NCBI GenBank assembly: GCA_964202905.1
Contig: CAXNJO010000015.1
Coordinates: forward strand, 1 to 64,000
Source: Polyangiales bacterium
Lineage (GTDB): Bacteria; Myxococcota_A; Polyangia; Polyangiales; JADJQN01
Reading direction: 5' to 3'
Length of the DNA: 64,000 nucleotides
Each line of letters begins with the position of its first letter. Position 1 is the stretch's first letter. The notes beneath the pieces were generated by a model that worked only from the letters and a program-made list of their open reading frames with translations, had not been told where the DNA came from and ran no database searches. Positions 42,324 through 51,970 of this stretch are shown here, in pieces. The translations under genes were made by a program, and so were the position numbers.

Positions 42324-43603
42324 TCACGGCGTGTGTCGCGCGACGATCACGCTTCCGAAGGGGGCGTCTCGGTGGAGCTCCGGCACGACCCACAGCACCG
42401 GAAAGGGCGGCGCGCGCTGCGGGAAATGCGAGCGGAGATCGGTGATGCCGACGAAGACGTCGGGGGGACGACCGCTCCGCGCGATCCAGTCGAACACCGG
42501 GCGGTGATCCGTGCCGCCGCCGCCGCGCGCGCGCCACGCTTCAACCAGCGCTCGAGATCGTCGAGCTCGACGACCTCCTGCACGCGCGCATCCGCGACGA
42601 CGATGGTGACGTCCTCCACCTGCTGCGCGAGCGCGCGGATCTCCGCGCATGCCGCTGCCAGCGACTCCCCCGACATGCTCCCGCTCGTGTCGAGCGCGAC
42701 GACGACGCGCCCGGTGCGTTCGCCCGCGAGGCTCGGCACGACGAAGCCCTCGCTGGCCCAGCGCGGGTGCGGTCGGCGTGGGTCGTACTCGTCCCGCGTG
42801 ACGCTCGACGCGACGAGGCGTCGAAAGAGACGCTGCCACGGCAGCCGTCCGCGCCCGTCGCCAATCAGGCGCGCGAACTCGGCGGGCACCTGCCCCGCTG
42901 CGCCCTGCGCCGACGCGTGCGACACGGCCGCGCGGAGCCGCTTCGCAATGAGTTCGCGCGACGCCTCGTCCAGCTCGACGGGCAGATGCACATCGACGCC
43001 GCCGCCGTGATCGCTCGCCGTGCGCCCCGCGGCCTCGACCGAGATCGGCTCGGGGCGACCGCGCAGGAACACCTCGATGACGGGATCGGTCGGGAGGGCC
43101 TCGTAGATCTGCTCGGCCGTCATCCCGTCGAAGCGGTCGTGCAGCAGGATCCCGGGCAGCGGGCGATAGGCGTAGTCACCCGTCACCGGATCGATGACGC
43201 GCGTGACGATGCGGTTGATCGCGAAGTCGGTCGCGAGGTTCCAGCGGTGGTGATCGCGGCCACGCGCGCGCTCCGCCGTCGCGTAGACGTGGTGGCCGAG
43301 CTCGTGCGCGAGCACGAAACTCAGTGAGGGGTAGTCGAGCGCGCGCGTGCGGCGCGGGTCGTACCAGATACGACGAACGCAGTCGGTCGCCGCCACCGCG
43401 GGCAGCGTCACATCGGCAATGAGCTCAACGTTCATGAGCAGATATCCCCAGAAGGGATGGCGCTCGAGCATGTGCATGCGCACCGCCGAGAGCCGCCGCG
43501 CCTCGGCCGCGAGGTCGGCGCGCGTGAGCGTCGAGGGAGGCGGCTGCGGACGACGCACGTGTCGCGCGGCGAGGGGAAGCGTGCGCCCGGGGATCGGCCA
43601 CAT
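42324..43603 (-). CDS. DUF2201-type putative metallopeptidase plus vWA domain protein, frameshift near 42525
   Basis: AATD, FVLAHELGHHV (HExxH), RWNLATDFAIN, AEQIYE, LPW, MIDAS DTSGS; GGGTDHRPVF...ITDL...PPFPVLW in the second frame. Confidence 0.88.
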
Positions 43604-43625
43604 CGCGGGCACTCTGCGCGTCCGC

Positions 43626-44717
43626 TCACGTCACCACCGACGCGCGCACCGACGCGAGCTCGCCGGCGAGCGTGCGGAACTCGGCGAGCCCGCGCAGCCG
43701 CACGAAGAGAGCATCGTTGCGGCGAACCTGGCGCAGAAAGAGCATCGCGTACTCCGGATCGAGGCCCGGCGAGCGCAGGAACCGCACGATGTTGGGGAGT
43801 TGCGCGTCGGTGAGCGCCTCGCCCTGACGCAGCCACGCGGCGACGGCGTAGGTGGCTGCGTAGACGAAGGAGGGATCGCCCTGCGTATCCGTGGTGAAGT
43901 CGATCGACTGCCCGCGGCGCAGGATCTTCGCGGGATCGACGCGCCCGTAGAGGCGCATCCAATCGAAGAAGCGCTCGGCCGCGCCGACCCCGATGCACGC
44001 CGCGACGAGGCGGCGACGATCGGCCTCGTCGGCCGTGCGGTAGACGCGACTCGCCATCTGCCACGAGCGCGGCGACGGGAACGCGAGCGACTCACCGTCG
44101 TTCTCGTAGAGGGCATCCCCGCCGTGCCGCCCGATGTAGCCGAGGATGGCCTCGTCGACGCCCTCGCGCGCCGCCCACTCGAGCCAGCTCGGCGCGTCGA
44201 CGCGCAGCGTGAAATGCGCGAAGCGGTTCCCGAGCGCGGACGAGAGCGGGGTGACGATGGCGTTGTCGTCCTCGAGGTTGCCCGCTGCCATCACGACCGT
44301 GTCGCGATGAAACTCGACCGTGCCGACGCGCCGCTCGAGCACGATCTGATAGGCCGCCGCCTGATGCAGCCGCGTGACGGCCGCGTTGATTTCATCCAGG
44401 AAGATGAAGGCCGGGCGCTCGCGCGCCTCGACCGCCCACGCCGGCGGAAACGCCGTGAGCACGCCGCGCTCGCGGTCGGGGAACCACACACCCGCGAGAT
44501 CCGCCGGGTCGCGCTGCGCGAGCCGGATGTCGACGAGCGGCAGGCCGAGCTCCCCAGCGAGGGCGTGCGCGAGCGCGCTCTTGCCCACACCGGGATGGCC
44601 GCGAACGAGGGTGGAGAGCCCCGCGCGGAGCGTCACGCCCGCGAGGCGCTGCAACTCCGGCCAGGCGTAGCCATCGGGCGAGACGGCGGCGGACTTCGGC
44701 GCACGGCGTTTCGTCAT
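43626..44717 (-). CDS. MoxR-type AAA+ ATPase
   Basis: GHPGVGKS, DIRLAQRDPADLAG, FLDEINAA, MAAGN, LGNRFAH, FPSPRSW. Confidence 0.9.
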   Translation of the reverse strand: MTKRRAPKSAAVSPDGYAWPELQRLAGVTLRAGLSTLVRGHPGVGKSALAHALAGELGLPLVDIRLAQRDPADLAGVWFPDRERGVLTAFPPAWAVEARERPAFIFLDEINAAVTRLHQAAAYQIVLERRVGTVEFHRDTVVMAAGNLEDDNAIVTPLSSALGNRFAHFTLRVDAPSWLEWAAREGVDEAILGYIGRHGGDALYENDGESLAFPSPRSWQMASRVYRTADEADRRRLVAACIGVGAAERFFDWMRLYGRVDPAKILRRGQSIDFTTDTQGDPSFVYAATYAVAAWLRQGEALTDAQLPNIVRFLRSPGLDPEYAMLFLRQVRRNDALFVRLRGLAEFRTLAGELASVRASVVT

Positions 44718-45013
44718 GACAGGAAGAGCTCCAGCAGCTGACAGCGCACGACGTCGTCGCGGAGCAGCACGGCGATGACGTGTTTGCAGTAGCCGCCGCC
44801 CCCGATGTGCGCAGCGTCGGGACAGGTGCAGCGGGGCACGTCGCCCCACGCGTCGTGCACGGTGACGACCCAAGGCGCGGAGCCACCCCGCACCTCGATG
44901 CGACGCAGCGGCCCCTCCGCGGAGAGGGGGTGAAAGTCGTAGTGGCCGAGCAGCTCGTGCGCGGCGCGCAGAATGCGGACGTCTCGACCAGCGGACAGGC
45001 GTGGGGGCGGCAT
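44714..45013 (-). CDS. Small SWIM zinc-finger protein (99 aa)
   Basis: CTCPD...YCKH (CxC-Xn-CxH); GAGGAG RBS; stop overlaps the MoxR start (ATGA). Confidence 0.85.
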   Translation of the reverse strand: MPPPRLSAGRDVRILRAAHELLGHYDFHPLSAEGPLRRIEVRGGSAPWVVTVHDAWGDVPRCTCPDAAHIGGGGYCKHVIAVLLRDDVVRCQLLELFLS

Positions 45014-45732
45014 CGGACTCCTCGGTGGGAAGGCGACCACGCGGCATGCGCGGTACGCGAACACGGGATGCAGGCGGCGCGGGGCGAGCCGGGGCGGGCG
45101 CGATGTGCGCAGAGGCCGGACAGGGCCTCTCGGGCAGCAACGACGCCGTGCGCACGGCAAGACAAGGGGCTGTGCGCACGGCGCTTCACAACGACTCGTG
45201 CCCCGTTGGGGGGCACGCAACGCCTGTGTGGTGAGAGACGCCCGCCCCACACGGCGACTGACAGCCATCCGACGACATTCGACGCGACGACGGCGAAAGT
45301 GGGGATTCGCCAACACCACTGAACACTCACCCAGTCTCCGCGCCTCTCGCGCACTCCATCCCGGCTGCGACGGTCGAACCGACAGAGCGGAGGGCGAATT
45401 CCGGTGAGGAACGCCCCGCTCGCTCGGTACTGGGGTGAGGGCGGACGAGTCGTCTTCTCCTCTCCATGCGTGCGTGCCTCGACGCGTCGCGCGCGCTGCG
45501 CGACGCGACGATGTCGAACGAACGCGCAGGTCGATGTCGAATGTCGGTTAAACCCATCCGAGTTGCCAGATACGGGTATGTCCCCCGGGCGTCGCGATGT
45601 GCCTCGCGCGGCTCCACGGACGCTCTGTCGCGCCCATGAATGCCAATCAGCGCGGGCCGATGATTGGCAATCATCCAACCTCTTGTTCGTGGCCGTCAGT
45701 CCAATCGTCCCTCTCTCGTCTGGAGTCTCGCC

Positions 45733-48030
45733 ATGCCCCGTCCCCGCAAGTCCGCTCCCTCGTTCTCGTCGCGTCGCCTCCGTGAGGCGGGCGCACCGCC
45801 GCTCGACGCATCGCCCGAAGAATTGCTCGACGCGCTCGTGCCGTGGCCGAGCGACCTGGCCTACCTGCAGGCCGAGCTGCACTGGATCGAGGCCCGCTGC
45901 GCGCGCCTGCTCCTCGAGCGGCAGGCCGCGAAACAGGAGGCCGCCTCCGGTCCGGGCGCGCGATCGATCTTCCGCCGCGACGACGACGAGCCCTCGCCCG
46001 CTGCGGCGCGCGCGCAGCTGCCGAACGCACGCGCCGAAGAGGACGCGCTCCGCAGCTGGATCGAGGCGCGCCTCGGCGCGTCCCGCGTGACGTTCGGTCC
46101 GCTCGCGCTCGACCGCCTCGTCGAGGCGCACGGCCTCTCGGAGCTCGAGCGGCTCACGCTGCTGCTCGCCGCCGCGCCGTGCGTGTCCCGCCGCTTCGAG
46201 AACCTCTACGCCGGCTTCGAGTCCGAGCAGCAGGCGGCGCTCACGGTCGATGCCGTCTACTCCTTCGCGGAGCTGGATTTCGAGGCGCGCATCCGGGAGC
46301 GCGCGACCTTCGGCCCGCGGGGGCGCCTCGTCACGAAGGACCTGATCGAGATGCCGTTCCGGGGGCGCAACGCCGCGCCCAAGGAGCTGCTCGGCACGGA
46401 GATCGTCGTGCGCGGACGCACGCTCTCGTACCTGCTCGGCAACACGGGACTCGGCGACGAGCTCGACGCGCTCGCGAGCGTCGAGACGCCGCTCGCCTCC
46501 TTCGATCGCCTCGTGCTGCCCGCCGCGGACAAGGCGCGCATCCTCCGCGTCGTCGGCGAACACGAGCGCGTGCGCGCGGCGCGCGCGGCGTGGGGCCTCG
46601 ATGACGTGGTCGGCTACGGGCGCGGCGCCCTCGTGCTCTTTCACGGCGCCCCGGGCACGGGCAAGACGATGGCCGCGCACGCGGTCGCCGAGAAGCTCGG
46701 CAAGCGCGTGCTCTCCGTCGACATCCCCACCTTCGCCGCGCACGCCGAGGCGGGGCGTTTCATTCCCGGCCTCTTTCGCGAGGCGCGCCTGCAAGATGCG
46801 GTGTTGTTCTTCGACGAGTGTGAATCCCTCTTCGAATCCCGCGCTCGCGGCAATGCACTCATGACGATCCTCCTCACGGAGGTCGAGCGTTTCGAGGGCG
46901 TCGCCATCCTCGCGACGAATCTCCCGCAGCGCCTCGACGAGGCCCTCGATCGCCGCATTCTCGTGCGCGTCCGCTTCCCAGAGCCCGACGCCGAGGCGCG
47001 CGAGGCCATCTGGCGCGGCCTGCTCCCCGCGACGGTGCCGCTCGCGCCGGGCGTCGATCCGCGCGCGCTCGCCGAGCGCTTCGAGCTCGCCGGCGGCTAC
47101 ATCAAGAACGCCGTGCTCGCGGCCGCCGCGCACGCCGTCTACGAGCCGGGGCCCGACGGGCCGCGCCTCACGCACGCGATGCTCGCCGACGCCGCACGCG
47201 AGCAGAGCGGCCGCGGCTTCGGCGACGACGAGGCGCCGCCCGAGGTGCCGCGCGCACGCCTCTCGGACGTCGTGCTCCCGCACGACGTACGCCGCGAGGT
47301 CGAAGAGCTCGTCGCAGCCGCGCGCAGCCGGCGCACGGTGCTCGAGCGCTGGGGCCTCGGCGCGCACTTCGCGCACGGAAAAGGCATCGCCGCGCTGCTG
47401 CATGGACCGCCGGGCACGGGCAAGACGCTGTGCGCCGAAGCGATCGCCGGGGAGCTCGGGCGCCCGCTCGTGCATGCCTCGATCGCGGGCGTGCTCTCGC
47501 CGTTCCAGGGCGAGACGGAGCGCGGCCTGTCGCTGCTCTTCGCGCGGGCGAAGCGCCTCGGCGCGGTGCTCTTCCTCGACGAGGCCGACACGCTGCTCGG
47601 CGATCGCGAACGTACGCCGGCGACCCGCGCGGAGGCCGGCGTCGTCAACGTGCTGCTCACGGAGATCGAGCGCTTCGACGGCGTCGTGCTCGTCGCGACC
47701 AACCTCGCGACGCGACTCGACGGCGCGCTCGCGCGGCGCCTCGCGTGGACCTTCGCGCTGCGACGCCCCGAGGCCCCGGCGCGCGCAGGGATCTGGCGAC
47801 GCCTGCTCGGCCCCGAGGTCCCCTGCGAAGGCCCCATCGACACCGACGCGCTCGGGGTGCGCTTCGCGATCTCGGGCGGGCGCATCAAGAACGCCGTCTT
47901 CAAGGCCGCGTACCGCGCCGCCAGTGAGGGTAGCGGGCTGACGATGGCCGACCTCGAGCGGGCCGCGCGCGAGGAGGTCGAGGCCGACGCACCCGCGGGC
48001 AGCCGCCCGCTCGGCTTCGGCAGCGACTGA
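45733..48030 (+). CDS. Double-ring (two-domain) classical AAA ATPase with helical N-terminal region
   Basis: Walker A GAPGTGKT and GPPGTGKT; Walker B FFDECE and FLDEAD; SRH ATNL..RLD.AL.RR twice. Confidence 0.92.
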   Translation: MPRPRKSAPSFSSRRLREAGAPPLDASPEELLDALVPWPSDLAYLQAELHWIEARCARLLLERQAAKQEAASGPGARSIFRRDDDEPSPAAARAQLPNARAEEDALRSWIEARLGASRVTFGPLALDRLVEAHGLSELERLTLLLAAAPCVSRRFENLYAGFESEQQAALTVDAVYSFAELDFEARIRERATFGPRGRLVTKDLIEMPFRGRNAAPKELLGTEIVVRGRTLSYLLGNTGLGDELDALASVETPLASFDRLVLPAADKARILRVVGEHERVRAARAAWGLDDVVGYGRGALVLFHGAPGTGKTMAAHAVAEKLGKRVLSVDIPTFAAHAEAGRFIPGLFREARLQDAVLFFDECESLFESRARGNALMTILLTEVERFEGVAILATNLPQRLDEALDRRILVRVRFPEPDAEAREAIWRGLLPATVPLAPGVDPRALAERFELAGGYIKNAVLAAAAHAVYEPGPDGPRLTHAMLADAAREQSGRGFGDDEAPPEVPRARLSDVVLPHDVRREVEELVAAARSRRTVLERWGLGAHFAHGKGIAALLHGPPGTGKTLCAEAIAGELGRPLVHASIAGVLSPFQGETERGLSLLFARAKRLGAVLFLDEADTLLGDRERTPATRAEAGVVNVLLTEIERFDGVVLVATNLATRLDGALARRLAWTFALRRPEAPARAGIWRRLLGPEVPCEGPIDTDALGVRFAISGGRIKNAVFKAAYRAASEGSGLTMADLERAAREEVEADAPAGSRPLGFGSD

Positions 48031-48247
48031 TCAACCTCCTTGCGGTGTTCCGCGCCGAGGCGGCCGTCACGTCGATCGCAGGTGTGTTTCGTCGCGAGAC
48101 TCTGTACAACCGTCACCACGTCGCGCGGTCGTGGGGAAGGCGTCAGTCGCGCCCACGGCCGCGCGTCTCCTGCGCTGCGCCATGCCCCCGCGTGCCCACC
48201 CCCGTTGACCGCCCGTCACGTCGCCCCCGCCCGAAGGAACCGGCCGC

Positions 48248-51200
48248 ATGACCCTCCACGTCCACCGCAGCCAGCGCGTCGAGTCGCTGGTCGACGCTCT
48301 CCACGCGCGGCTTGCAGGCGCATGGCCCGGCGATCCGTTCGCCGGCGTGCCGCTCGTCGTCGGCAGCCGCGGCATGGAGCGCTGGCTCCGCCACGAGCTC
48401 GCGACGCGCGCCGGGAGCGCCGTCCGCCTCGAGTTCCTCTTCCCGCGCGGCGCCTTCGAGAGCGCGGCCCATGCGCTGCTCGCGGGCGACGCCGCCCAGG
48501 GCACCACGGGCGCGACGGCCCTCTTCCAGGCGACGCGCCGCGAAGGAGATGCGTGGTCCGGCACGTGGCTCGTCCACCGCGTGCTCACCGCGCTGCGCGC
48601 GCACCTCGCCGATGCCTCCTTCGAGGCGGTGCGGTCCTATCTGCGCATCGGGGAGGGGCACGTCGACGCCCGATGCGCCGCCCCCGTCGACGCGCGCGAG
48701 GCCCGCTTCGCGGCCGAAGTCGCGTCCGTGATCGAGCGCCTGCACTACGACCGGCCCGACGACGCGCTCGCATGGGCGAAGGAGCCCGCGCGCGCCCCCG
48801 AGGCGCACCGCTGGCTCGCGACCCTGCTCGCGACGCTCGAATCCGAGACCATCTCGACTGATTCCAACGCGGCCACCACCGAGGCGACCGCGCCGAGGGC
48901 ACGCCTCGTCGGCCCCTCCCCCGCGGCGCTGCTCGCGGCCCTGCACGCGGCGCGGGCGACGCGGCGCGCGCAGACCCGCACCGAGACACTGCACGTCTTC
49001 GGCCTCTCGACGCTGCGTCCCGGCGATCAGCGGCGGCTCCGTGCGCTCTCCGAGCACGTCGACGTCCACCTCTATCTGCTCGCGCCCTCCGCCGAGTGGT
49101 GGGTCGATCTGCCCACGCACCGCGAGCAGCTCCGCGCCCTGCGAGAGCGCGTCGTCCAGGAGGGTTCGGGCAAACTCGACGCGGCCGCGCAGCACGCGCT
49201 CTTCGGCACGAACGCGCTCCTCGCGGCGAACGGCCTGCCGAGCCGCGACGTGCAGCTCTGGCTCGAGCAAGGTGAGTACCAGGAGGCGCTGCGCGACGAC
49301 GTCGCGTCCTCGGGTTCGCTCCTCGCCGACGTGCAAGCGTGGGTGAACGCCGCGCAGGACACGCCCGCGCGCGCCGAATCGCCGTGGAACGGTCACGCCG
49401 ACTGCGAGTCCATCGAGGTGCACGCCTGTCACGGCGCGCTGCGGCAGTGCGAGGCCCTGCGCGACGAGCTGCTGCGCCGCTTCGCCGCGGACCGCACGCT
49501 CGAGCCGCGTCACGTCCTCGTGATGACGCCCGATCTCGCGACCTACGCGCCGCTCCTCGCGGCCGTCTTCGCGCGGATGGGGACGGCCCCGCAGCAGGGC
49601 GCGACGAGCGCGCGCGCGAAGGACACGACGATCCCGGAGATCCCCGTGCACATCGCGGATCTCGGCCTCCGCGCGACCAACACCGTGGCCGACGTGCTGC
49701 TCGTCGCCCTCTCCCTCACCGAGGAGCGCGTGACGGCGACGGCGCTGCTCGGTCTGCTCGAGCTCTGGCCGGTGCGCGCGCGCTTCGGGCTCGAGGAGGC
49801 CGACCTCCCCGAGTTGCGCGAGCTGGTCCGGGAGTCCGGCATTCGCTGGGCCTGGGACGCGGACGACCGCAGGCACCACACGCAGCCCCACCGCGACCAG
49901 AACACCGTGCGTTTCGGCCTCGAGCGGCTCGCGCTGGGCACGCTGATGCCCGACGACGACGAGGATGGTCTCGGCGTGATCACCGTGGGCGCCACCGAGA
50001 ATGCGCGCGGCGCCGTCCAGAATACCGTCTCGGAGAATACGACTCTGAATGGCACTCTGAATGGCATGCTGAATGGCGCGCTGAATGGCACGCTGAATGG
50101 CACGGGGCCGGCCTCGAGCGACCCTGCACGGCTCGGCCCCGCGGCGCCGCTCGTGCTCGCCACGCGCGAACGCATCGCCCAGTTCGGCGGATTGGCCGCG
50201 CTCTGCGCGACCCTCGAGGCGCAGCGCGCCTCCCTCGCGACGCCGGCGTCGGGCCCCGAGTGGGCCGAGCGGCTCATCCGCTGCATGGACGCGCTCACCA
50301 AGGTCGAGGACGCGTCCGCCTTCCTGCGGGCGCAGGTGATCGACGTCCTCGCCGAGCGGCTCCCACCGGCGACACCCGACACCGACGCGGACCACGCACT
50401 GCGGCTGGATCGCGGCGCCGTCGAGGCGCTGATCGGGGATGCCTTCGAGATGCCCGCGAAGGGCGACCGCCCGGTGACGGGCGCGGTGACGGTGTGCGCG
50501 ATGGAGCCGATGCGCTCGGTGCCCTTCCGCATCATCGCGATGATCGGGCTCGATGGCGGCGAGTTCCCGAGGCGTTCGCAGCCCGCCGCCTGGGATCCCT
50601 TCGCCGCGCCGCGCGTCGGCGAGCACGACCGCGGCGCGCTCGACCGGCACCTCTTCCTCGAGTCGCTGCTCTGCGCGCGAGAGGCGTTCCTGCTCTTCGG
50701 CACGGGCTTCGAGCCGAAGCGCGGCGCCGAGGAGCCGCTCTCGGTCGTCACCGCCGAGCTCGAGGAGCTGTTGTTGCGCGGCGTCGGGCGGACGGTCGAG
50801 TCCGCGGCGCACACCTCCTGGCCGCGCCGCCGCCACCCGCTCCAGCCGTGGAGCGAGAAGGCCTTCCGCACCGAGGGCCCGGGCGCCGCGCCCCCGCGAC
50901 TCCCCTTCGATCCCGTGTGGTTCGAGGCGCGGAGGGCACTCGCCGGAGGCGCGGCGACCCGCGACCCTGCGGCGCACGTCGGGGCCCGCTGGCCCGCGGA
51001 GTCGGACCCGCCGACGCAGCTCAGCGCAGACGACCTCGCGCGCGCCCTCGTGAACGCGCCGCAATCGCTGCTCAAGGGCCGGCTCGGGCTCGCCGCGACC
51101 TACACGGAGGAGGCGCCCTCGGACCGCGAACCGCTCGACGTGGCGTGGCTCGACGCCTGGGCCCTGCGCGACCAATTGCTCGACGCGCTGCTCGCCGCGG

Positions 51201-51970
51201 GTGCGTCGGGCGAGGCAGGCGACGACGCCGTCATCGAGCGGGTCACCGCCCGGCTCCGGGCGGAGGGCACGCTGCCGCTCGACGCGGGCGGGCAGGCCGT
51301 CGTCGACGAGACCCGCGAGCAGGTCCGCGCCGTCCGTGCGAAGGCCGAAGGCACGCTGGGCGGGCCCCTGACGGCGCACGTCGAGGTCGACGGGCTGACC
51401 CTGACGGCCACCGCCCCCCACACGCTCGGCACGGCCCCCCACGCCGCGCTCGTGTGGTTCTGCGCGAGCGACGACCCCGGCGACGTCCGTGACCTCAGGG
51501 CCTGGATATCGCTGCTCGTCATGCGCGCCAAGGAGCAAGGCATCGACACCGCAGCCATCCACGCGAGGAAGAAATCGACGAGCCTCGGCGACGCCGGCGA
51601 CGCGGCGCACGCGCGCGAGCGATTGGGCGAACTCCTCGCGATCTGGCGCGAGACGCGGACGAGCGAGGTGCCGCTCTTCCCGAACGTCTCCCGGAAGCTG
51701 GCCGAGGAGGACGACGGCCAGACCGCACTCGCAGACCTCCTGAACGAGTGCCGCAGCGAATGGGACGGCGCACCGAAGCAGCGCGGCGCGCGCGACGACG
51801 CGTGGGTGTCGACGCTCTACGGGGACTGCGACGTCGAGGAGCTGGAGTCCTTCGGCGCTGGGCTTCTCGCGAAGGCCCATGCGGTGTGGGACGGCGTGCG
51901 CGCGGGCGCGGCGGTTCATCAGGCCAGGTCACCCGGCAAGCCGAAGAAGGCCCGCGGAGAAGACGCGTGA
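48248..51970 (+). CDS. recC: Exodeoxyribonuclease V gamma subunit
   Basis: LHVHRSQRVESL, GMERWLRHELA, LHVFGLSTL, IEVHACHGALRQCEAL, VLVMTPDL..YAP, PMRSVPFR, DRHLFLE, HPLQPW. Confidence 0.95.
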   Translation: MTLHVHRSQRVESLVDALHARLAGAWPGDPFAGVPLVVGSRGMERWLRHELATRAGSAVRLEFLFPRGAFESAAHALLAGDAAQGTTGATALFQATRREGDAWSGTWLVHRVLTALRAHLADASFEAVRSYLRIGEGHVDARCAAPVDAREARFAAEVASVIERLHYDRPDDALAWAKEPARAPEAHRWLATLLATLESETISTDSNAATTEATAPRARLVGPSPAALLAALHAARATRRAQTRTETLHVFGLSTLRPGDQRRLRALSEHVDVHLYLLAPSAEWWVDLPTHREQLRALRERVVQEGSGKLDAAAQHALFGTNALLAANGLPSRDVQLWLEQGEYQEALRDDVASSGSLLADVQAWVNAAQDTPARAESPWNGHADCESIEVHACHGALRQCEALRDELLRRFAADRTLEPRHVLVMTPDLATYAPLLAAVFARMGTAPQQGATSARAKDTTIPEIPVHIADLGLRATNTVADVLLVALSLTEERVTATALLGLLELWPVRARFGLEEADLPELRELVRESGIRWAWDADDRRHHTQPHRDQNTVRFGLERLALGTLMPDDDEDGLGVITVGATENARGAVQNTVSENTTLNGTLNGMLNGALNGTLNGTGPASSDPARLGPAAPLVLATRERIAQFGGLAALCATLEAQRASLATPASGPEWAERLIRCMDALTKVEDASAFLRAQVIDVLAERLPPATPDTDADHALRLDRGAVEALIGDAFEMPAKGDRPVTGAVTVCAMEPMRSVPFRIIAMIGLDGGEFPRRSQPAAWDPFAAPRVGEHDRGALDRHLFLESLLCAREAFLLFGTGFEPKRGAEEPLSVVTAELEELLLRGVGRTVESAAHTSWPRRRHPLQPWSEKAFRTEGPGAAPPRLPFDPVWFEARRALAGGAATRDPAAHVGARWPAESDPPTQLSADDLARALVNAPQSLLKGRLGLAATYTEEAPSDREPLDVAWLDAWALRDQLLDALLAAGASGEAGDDAVIERVTARLRAEGTLPLDAGGQAVVDETREQVRAVRAKAEGTLGGPLTAHVEVDGLTLTATAPHTLGTAPHAALVWFCASDDPGDVRDLRAWISLLVMRAKEQGIDTAAIHARKKSTSLGDAGDAAHARERLGELLAIWRETRTSEVPLFPNVSRKLAEEDDGQTALADLLNECRSEWDGAPKQRGARDDAWVSTLYGDCDVEELESFGAGLLAKAHAVWDGVRAGAAVHQARSPGKPKKARGEDA

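Noticed and set aside
45319..45334. Myxococcus-type LexA box (CTGAAC-ACTC-ACCCAG) in the divergent region upstream of the AAA/rec genes
   Set aside because: Only one half-site matches well, and it is 300-400 bp from either start; too weak without a matrix scan.
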